Assembly (NCBI GenBank): GCA_963842085.1
Contig: CAWJET010000002.1
Span: 1,472,001 to 1,536,000 of the forward strand
Source of the DNA: an uncultured delta proteobacterium
GTDB taxonomy: Bacteria > Desulfobacterota > Binatia > Binatales > Binataceae
Direction: 5' to 3'
DNA: 64,000 nt
Shown: in pieces, positions 58,667 to 64,000 of the stretch
Layout: every line of letters starts with the position of its first letter
Numbering within the stretch: position 1 is the first letter of the stretch
Position numbers and translations under genes: made by a program
The notes under the pieces: generated by a model
What the model saw: the letters and a program-made list of their open reading frames with translations, nothing else
Database searches by the model: none
Told to the model about the DNA's origin: nothing

Positions 58667-58909
58667 ATGACGGTTCAAATGCTCAGCATAATCGGCGCGG
58701 TGGTCGCGGTCGCCGTCGGCTCAATCTCGCCGGCGCTCGCCGAAGGCCGCGCGATCACGGCCGCGATGGAAGGTATCGCGCGGCAGCCCGAGGCGGCGGG
58801 CTCGTTGTCGCGTACCCTGTTCGTTGGCCTGGCGATGATCGAGACGATGGCGATCTACTGCCTGGTCGTCGCCCTGCTGCTGCTTTTTGCCAATCCTTTC
58901 GCGCGATGA
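58667..58909 (+). CDS. atpE: N-ATPase c subunit
   Basis: PALAEG, ARQPE loop, MIETMAIY. Confidence 0.95.
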   Translation: MTVQMLSIIGAVVAVAVGSISPALAEGRAITAAMEGIARQPEAAGSLSRTLFVGLAMIETMAIYCLVVALLLLFANPFAR

Positions 58910-59658
58910 ATTTCAGTTGGTGGACTTTCGCGCTGCAGGCGGTCAATTTTCTCATCCTGGTCTGGCTGCTCAGGCGCTTTCTGTTCAAACCGGTCAGTGC
59001 GATCGTCGCCCGGCGCAAGGAGGAGATTGCGCGGGGCATGACAGAGGTATCGGCTGAAAAACAAAAAGCCCTGGCTCTACAGCGCGACCTTCAGGCGCAG
59101 CGGGCGGGAATCGAGGCGGAGCGACAAAAGGCGCTCGAAGAGCAGCGCGCGCAACTGGCCGCCGAACGCAAGAAAATGCTCGACGAGGCCCGCGCCGAAG
59201 TCGAGAAAATCCGTAATCAGGCGACCGCGCAGCTCACCGAAGAACGTGCCGCCGCCGCGCAGGAGCTTTTTTCCCGGACGATCGAGCTCGCCCTGAACCT
59301 CGCGCAGCGGCTGCTTGGCGAGCTGCCCCTGCCTTCGATCGAGCGTGCGTTCCTCACCCGAGTCCTGGGCTATCTGGACCGCCTGCCGGCGACGGAGCGG
59401 GCCGCGCTCGTCCCGCATCCGGGTGAGACCTCGATCGTGGTCACGACCGCTCATCCGCTCGACGCGCGCGAAGAGGCGGAATGGCGCGAACAACTCGCCA
59501 ACCGGATCGGAGCCGCCGCCGGAATCAGGTTCAACGCCGATCCGGCGCTCATCGCCGGCGCCCAAATCACCTTCCCGAACGCAATTCTCCGCTTCAACTG
59601 GCGCGATGCCCTGACCCTCGCCGCCAGCGAGATCAATCGCAATGAGCACGCTGGCTGA
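58906..59658 (+). CDS. atpF: N-ATPase b subunit with delta-like C-terminal extension
   Basis: [19 protein letters not shown], coiled coil, DPALIAG; 250 aa, no separate atpH. Confidence 0.9.
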   Translation: MNFSWWTFALQAVNFLILVWLLRRFLFKPVSAIVARRKEEIARGMTEVSAEKQKALALQRDLQAQRAGIEAERQKALEEQRAQLAAERKKMLDEARAEVEKIRNQATAQLTEERAAAAQELFSRTIELALNLAQRLLGELPLPSIERAFLTRVLGYLDRLPATERAALVPHPGETSIVVTTAHPLDAREEAEWREQLANRIGAAAGIRFNADPALIAGAQITFPNAILRFNWRDALTLAASEINRNEHAG

Positions 59659-61198
59659 ATCCGTAAAGGATCGCCTCAGCAGGGCGAGCGGGCTTGTTGG
59701 TCAGCTCAAGACCGAGCCGCGGCTCGACATTATCGGCCGCGTCGAACGAATCGGCGACAACGTCGCCAGCGTCCGCGGCCTGCCGGAAGCGCGGCTCGGC
59801 GAACTGCTGCTCTTCGAACGATCGGACGGCGGAGAGCCGGTCGTCGGAATCGTGCTGACGCTCGACCCCGATCTGATCGGATGCGCGATGCTTGGCGACG
59901 ACAGCAGCATCAGGGCGGGCAACCTGGTCCGCGCAACCGGTTCAGTCGCAAGTGTGCCGGTCGGCGACAAGCTGCTGGGCCGGATCGTGAACGCACTCGG
60001 AGTTCCGATGGACGGCGGCGCGGAGATCGAGGCAGCCGCAATCGAGCCGGTCGAACGGGCGGCGCCCGCGATCGTCGATCGCGATTTCATCAACACCGCG
60101 CTCAACACCGGCCTGCTCGTCATCGATGCGATGTTGCCGCTCGGCCGCGGCCAGCGCGAACTGATCATCGGCGATCGCGAGACCGGAAAGACCGCGATCG
60201 TGGTCGACACGATGATCAATCAACGCGATACCGACGTGGTTTGTGTCTACTGCGCGGTCGGGCAGAAGACCTCCTCGGTGAGCCAGGTGATCGATGCGGT
60301 CAAGCGTTACGGCGCGCCGGAGCGATGCATCTTCGTATTCGCGCCCTCGGACGATCCGCCTGGAATCCAATGGCTGGCGCCGTATGCCGCCTGTACCATG
60401 GCCGAGTATTTCTCGGAGCGCGGCGGCAATGCGCTCCTGATCATCGACGACCTGAGCAAGCACGCTGTGATCTATCGGCAGTTGTCGCTGCTGTTACGAA
60501 ATCCGCCGGGACGTGAAGCGTATCCGGGCGACATCTTCTATATCCATTCGCGGCTGCTCGAACGCGCGGCCAAGCTCAACCGCGAGCGCGGCGGCGGGTC
60601 GCTGACCGCGCTGCCGCTGGCCGCGACCGAGGAAGGCAATCTGTCCGCTTACATACCAACCAATCTGATTTCGATCACCGACGGACAGATCGTTCTCGAG
60701 CCACGGCTGTTTCACGAAGGGCAAAAGCCCGCCGTCAATGTCGGCAAGAGCGTGTCGCGCGTTGGGGGCAAGACGCAGTCGCATGCGATGCGCAAACTGG
60801 CCGAAAATCTCCGCCTCGAATACACGCAGTTCCTCGAACTGGAAATCTTCACCCGCTTCGGCGGGATGGTGGATGAGCGCACGCGCGGCATAATCGAGCA
60901 CGGACGCCGAATCCGTGCGGTCCTGACCCAGCCGCAATTCGCCCCGCTGTCGGTCGCGCATCAGGTGGCGTTGCTGGTGGCAATCAACGACCGAATACTC
61001 GACCGGCTGACCCTCGACAAAGTGAGCCAGCTCCAGTCAAAACTCGGCGCCTGGCTGAACCAGCATGCCGCGGAAGCCGTGCGGCGGATCAACGCAGCCG
61101 GAGAATTGGAGCCGGATACGCGCGCGGCGCTCGTCGCGGCCGTCGGCGGGCTGGTGGAACGATTGAAGCAACCGGACGCCGCCCCGCTTAAGCGATAG
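59642..61198 (+). CDS. atpA: N-ATPase alpha subunit
   Basis: GRGQRELIIGDRETGKT, PPGREAYPGD, ISITDGQI. Confidence 0.96.
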   Translation: MSTLAESVKDRLSRASGLVGQLKTEPRLDIIGRVERIGDNVASVRGLPEARLGELLLFERSDGGEPVVGIVLTLDPDLIGCAMLGDDSSIRAGNLVRATGSVASVPVGDKLLGRIVNALGVPMDGGAEIEAAAIEPVERAAPAIVDRDFINTALNTGLLVIDAMLPLGRGQRELIIGDRETGKTAIVVDTMINQRDTDVVCVYCAVGQKTSSVSQVIDAVKRYGAPERCIFVFAPSDDPPGIQWLAPYAACTMAEYFSERGGNALLIIDDLSKHAVIYRQLSLLLRNPPGREAYPGDIFYIHSRLLERAAKLNRERGGGSLTALPLAATEEGNLSAYIPTNLISITDGQIVLEPRLFHEGQKPAVNVGKSVSRVGGKTQSHAMRKLAENLRLEYTQFLELEIFTRFGGMVDERTRGIIEHGRRIRAVLTQPQFAPLSVAHQVALLVAINDRILDRLTLDKVSQLQSKLGAWLNQHAAEAVRRINAAGELEPDTRAALVAAVGGLVERLKQPDAAPLKR

Positions 61199-61202
61199 CT
61201 TG

Positions 61203-62069
61203 ATGGCGCAGGAACGCGAAACCGCTACTCGAATCGCCTCGCTTAACGAGCTGCTCGAGATAGTTACGGCGATTCGGGCGATGGCCGCATCGCAGATGCA
61301 GCAGGCGCTCAGATCGCTCGAAGCAATTCGCGGCTACTCCGGCCAGATTCGCGAGGCCTTGGCCCAGGCCGCAACTCTGCTGCCGCCCACAAGCGCGATC
61401 GAAGCTGCTGCGCGACCGGAAAAATCCGGACTGGTCGTGTTCTGCGCTGAGCACGGCCTGTGCGGAGGCTTCAATGAGCATCCGTTGCGAGAAGCCGAAC
61501 GCGCCAAAGCGGCAAGCGGCGGCGGCGGCGGGCTTGTGCTTATCGTAATCGGAACCCGCGGCGCTCAGATCTGTCGCGAACGCGGATTAAGTCCGGACCT
61601 GGTGCTGCCGATGGCGACTCATTGCGCCGGAGTCACCGGCGCTGCGCGCCGTGTCGCGGCGGAACTGTATCGGATGTTCAGCGCGCGCCGCATCGCCGGC
61701 GTCGAGGTGGTCTACGCGCAGCACGCCGGGGCACAGTTCCCGAGCATCGAGCGCCATCGCCTGCTACCGCTCGAGATGCCGGTTGTGCAGAAAGCATTCA
61801 CCCGGTTGCCGCCGCTGATCAACCTCCGCCCGCAGAGTCTCTTCGACGACATAGTGGGCGAGTATTTCTTCGCCACACTCGAGAACGCCGCGATGCAATC
61901 ATTCTTCAGCGAGAACTCGACTCGCTTCCGCACCATGGAAGCCGCGCATCAGAACATCCAGAACAAATCCAGCGAGCTTACCAAGCTGATGCAACGCCTC
62001 CGCCAGAATTCCGTAACCACTGAAATTCTCGACCTGATCAGCGGCTCCGCCGCGTTAGCCTCACGCTGA
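61203..62069 (+). CDS. atpG: N-ATPase gamma subunit
   Basis: IVTAIRAMA, HGLCGGFN, SENSTRFRTMEAA, RQNSVTTEI. Confidence 0.92.
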   Translation: MAQERETATRIASLNELLEIVTAIRAMAASQMQQALRSLEAIRGYSGQIREALAQAATLLPPTSAIEAAARPEKSGLVVFCAEHGLCGGFNEHPLREAERAKAASGGGGGLVLIVIGTRGAQICRERGLSPDLVLPMATHCAGVTGAARRVAAELYRMFSARRIAGVEVVYAQHAGAQFPSIERHRLLPLEMPVVQKAFTRLPPLINLRPQSLFDDIVGEYFFATLENAAMQSFFSENSTRFRTMEAAHQNIQNKSSELTKLMQRLRQNSVTTEILDLISGSAALASR

Positions 62070-62104
62070 AACTCCCGCAGCGCCAGGACCGGCGTGCTGG
62101 CGAA

Positions 62105-62302
62105 TCAGGACGGAAACCTGTTCAGGCGCAACGAGACTTCGTCGAGGGTCGAGAAGCTGTTTGTACGCGGCCGCCGGGGGCCGAGAAGATGCTCGTTGCG
62201 ATCCAGAAATTCGAGCAACGCCCTCTTGACGTAATGATTCCGCTTGTGCCCCGTTTCGAGCGCGAGGTTCTCAAGGCGTCGGATCGCTTCCTTCTTCGTC
62301 AT
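62105..62302 (-). pseudogene. Ribbon-helix-helix antitoxin-like remnant
   Basis: RLENLALETGHKRNHYVKRALLEFL..TLDEV; the N-terminal beta-strand seems missing and no toxin gene is adjacent. Confidence 0.4.
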
Positions 62303-62449
62303 CTGGCGACGATCATAGAGAATGGAACATTGAGTGCGAAGTCCTGAGCGCCTCTTCTTGTGAACAAACCAACCGATCTGTGGATAAAAGAGCGCCGGCG
62401 AGTTCGGTGGCTCGGGTGGCGCGGCCAATGAATGACTGAGAGGACTGGA

Positions 62450-62863
62450 TTATTTCTCCTGAAGCGATTCGATGTAGTCGACCAGCGCGGAAACTCGGCA
62501 CTTTACATTTGCTTCACTCTCAGTGCTGTATTCCTGGCCTTTCAACTGGAAAACCATTCCCCACAGTGGCATCGGACTGTTCCAATCCTGATGCTCAGGA
62601 AGCCGCTTCCCACCGTCGATTACGTCGTAGACATACTGACGCGGAAACTCTCCGTTGTGATTCTTGCTGATCCGTGTGAGGTCCCGAGCGTGGTATCCCG
62701 CAACCTCGCCAGCGTCGGGCCCATTGCCCTTGCCGTCGTTACCGTGACAACGCGCGCAGTAGCGCAGGTAGTCCGTCCTGGCGGACGATTCGGCGGCGAA
62801 GACGCTTCGCGCGCAGAGCAGAAGCAGGATCACCAGCAAAGATCTGACGGCGTCTTTTGTCAT
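62450..62863 (-). CDS. Monoheme c-type cytochrome
   Basis: Signal peptide, CARCHG, distal MPLWG. Confidence 0.85.
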   Translation of the reverse strand: MTKDAVRSLLVILLLLCARSVFAAESSARTDYLRYCARCHGNDGKGNGPDAGEVAGYHARDLTRISKNHNGEFPRQYVYDVIDGGKRLPEHQDWNSPMPLWGMVFQLKGQEYSTESEANVKCRVSALVDYIESLQEK

Positions 62864-63226
62864 CCGCGTTAAGAAACAAACCGCATGCTGGTTCACGGGC
62901 ACTTCTCCCCTCCGGTGGCGGGGGCTATCCCCCGGGTGGCCACGGTCTCGAGCGTTTCCGGCCGCAGCATTGACCCGGTCTTCGGCGCTGCGATGCACGA
63001 GGTCGACATGATCGAGTTATGCCAAGGCAAAAAGCAAACGCGCGTTTACTAGCGTCCCGCTCTTCAGCGCCTGTTGGAAGATATCCGCTCCAGATTTGAA
63101 GAGGTGCGCCCGAGCACAGGCCGTCGGCGCGTCCGGGCGGCAAGGTGGATGGGTTGCCCAAGGATGGCCGGCTTGTGCCCAGCGCCTGAGTGCGCTAGTC
63201 CCGCAAATTGGTCAAGGAGATCTGCT

Positions 63227-64000
63227 ATGAGCGAAATGAGCGAAGCGAATCGGAAGGAGACGCGGGAATTCAAGACTATCAAGGTCGAGGTCGAGGGACC
63301 TCTCGGGAGACTCGTCCTGAACCGGCCCGAGCGGCTCAACGCGGTCAACGCAACAGTGCTTCTGGAGCTGGCCGAGGCGGCGCGATGGTTCGACGCGCAT
63401 CGCGAGCTTCGAGTAGTGATCGTAAGCGGCGCGGGGCGGGCGTTTTGCGCGGGGGCCGACCTGAAGGATTCGCCCGCCGGCGAGGGCTTTGCAGGTTCGG
63501 GCAAGAGCTGGCTCTACCGGCGCGAGGTCGGGCAGTATGGGCTTCGCGCGGCGGACGCGCTCGAGCAGATGCGCGCGGTCACGATCGCGCAGGTCCACGG
63601 TCACGCGGTCGGCGGCGGCCTCGTGCTGACTGCGGTGTGCGATCTGCGGGTCGCGGCCGACGACACGGTCTTTTTCATTCCCGAGGTAGATATCGGGCTT
63701 CCGCTCGCGTGGGGCGGAATTCCGAGGCTGGTGCGTGAGATCGGCCCCGCGATGACCAAGGAACTCGTCATGACGTGCAGGCGCTTCAGCGCCGGTGAAG
63801 CGAAGGCGATCGGATTCCTCAACCGCGTCGTTGCACCCTCGCGGCTCGAGACCGAGGTCAACCAGCTTGCCGCCGAGTTGATTGCGAAGCCGTCGGTTCC
63901 ACTCGTCGTCACCAAGGATCACGTCAACGCGGTCACGCGCGCGATGGGCGCCGGCCTTACGCCGTTTGCTGACGGCGACGTGTTGCTTGCGGCCGCGGCC
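63227..64000 (+). CDS. Enoyl-CoA hydratase/isomerase (3' end outside window)
   Basis: AAGGAG RBS; LNRPERLNA, FCAGADLK, GHAVGGG, CDLRVA, PEVDIG; missing from the ORF track because it has no stop in the window. Confidence 0.9.
   Translation, partial: MSEMSEANRKETREFKTIKVEVEGPLGRLVLNRPERLNAVNATVLLELAEAARWFDAHRELRVVIVSGAGRAFCAGADLKDSPAGEGFAGSGKSWLYRREVGQYGLRAADALEQMRAVTIAQVHGHAVGGGLVLTAVCDLRVAADDTVFFIPEVDIGLPLAWGGIPRLVREIGPAMTKELVMTCRRFSAGEAKAIGFLNRVVAPSRLETEVNQLAAELIAKPSVPLVVTKDHVNAVTRAMGAGLTPFADGDVLLAAAA

Overview
High-GC bacterial chromosomal window. The gene content and the Pro/Thr-linker secreted proteins suggest a soil lineage such as Binatota, but that is inference only. 1-13.3 kb: quinone oxidoreductase, a TetR-controlled YbhG/F/S/R-like ABC-2 exporter, an apparently secreted YyaL/SPATA20 protein, and CAP, O-methyltransferase and MBL-fold genes. 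13.3-24.5 kb (minus strand): a housekeeping run pheA-hisC-(DUF1648-like)-tyrA-[REP-like inverted repeat where aroA usually lies]-cmk-rpsA-ihfB-HIT-AAA ATPase-VWA, ending in an AT-richer orphan Dam methyltransferase. 24.7-42.4 kb: EF-P with an unusual Asn tip (PGNWRG) followed 11 nt later by a THUMP-type amino-methyltransferase, an orphan Rieske protein, an S53 protease, an AidB-like dehydrogenase, ROK kinase plus GH38, an M50 protease, and an orphan six-Cys bufferin (BufA2)-like peptide. 42.5-51 kb: a decaying steroid-degradation cluster with broken hsaD-, kshB-, ketosteroid dehydrogenase- and kshA-like genes, interleaved with a HAD gene and duplicated CBS genes. 51-63 kb: an accessory island with divergent sigma-54-type promoters, a degenerate receiver-hemerythrin fusion, a frameshifted pcm-erythromycin esterase fusion, an uncharacterised gene and a complete N-ATPase operon (atpDCQRBEFAG) whose c subunit looks proton-type. 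I recognised no tRNA, rRNA, CRISPR array or transposase. All assignments come from reading motifs by eye; no database search was run.
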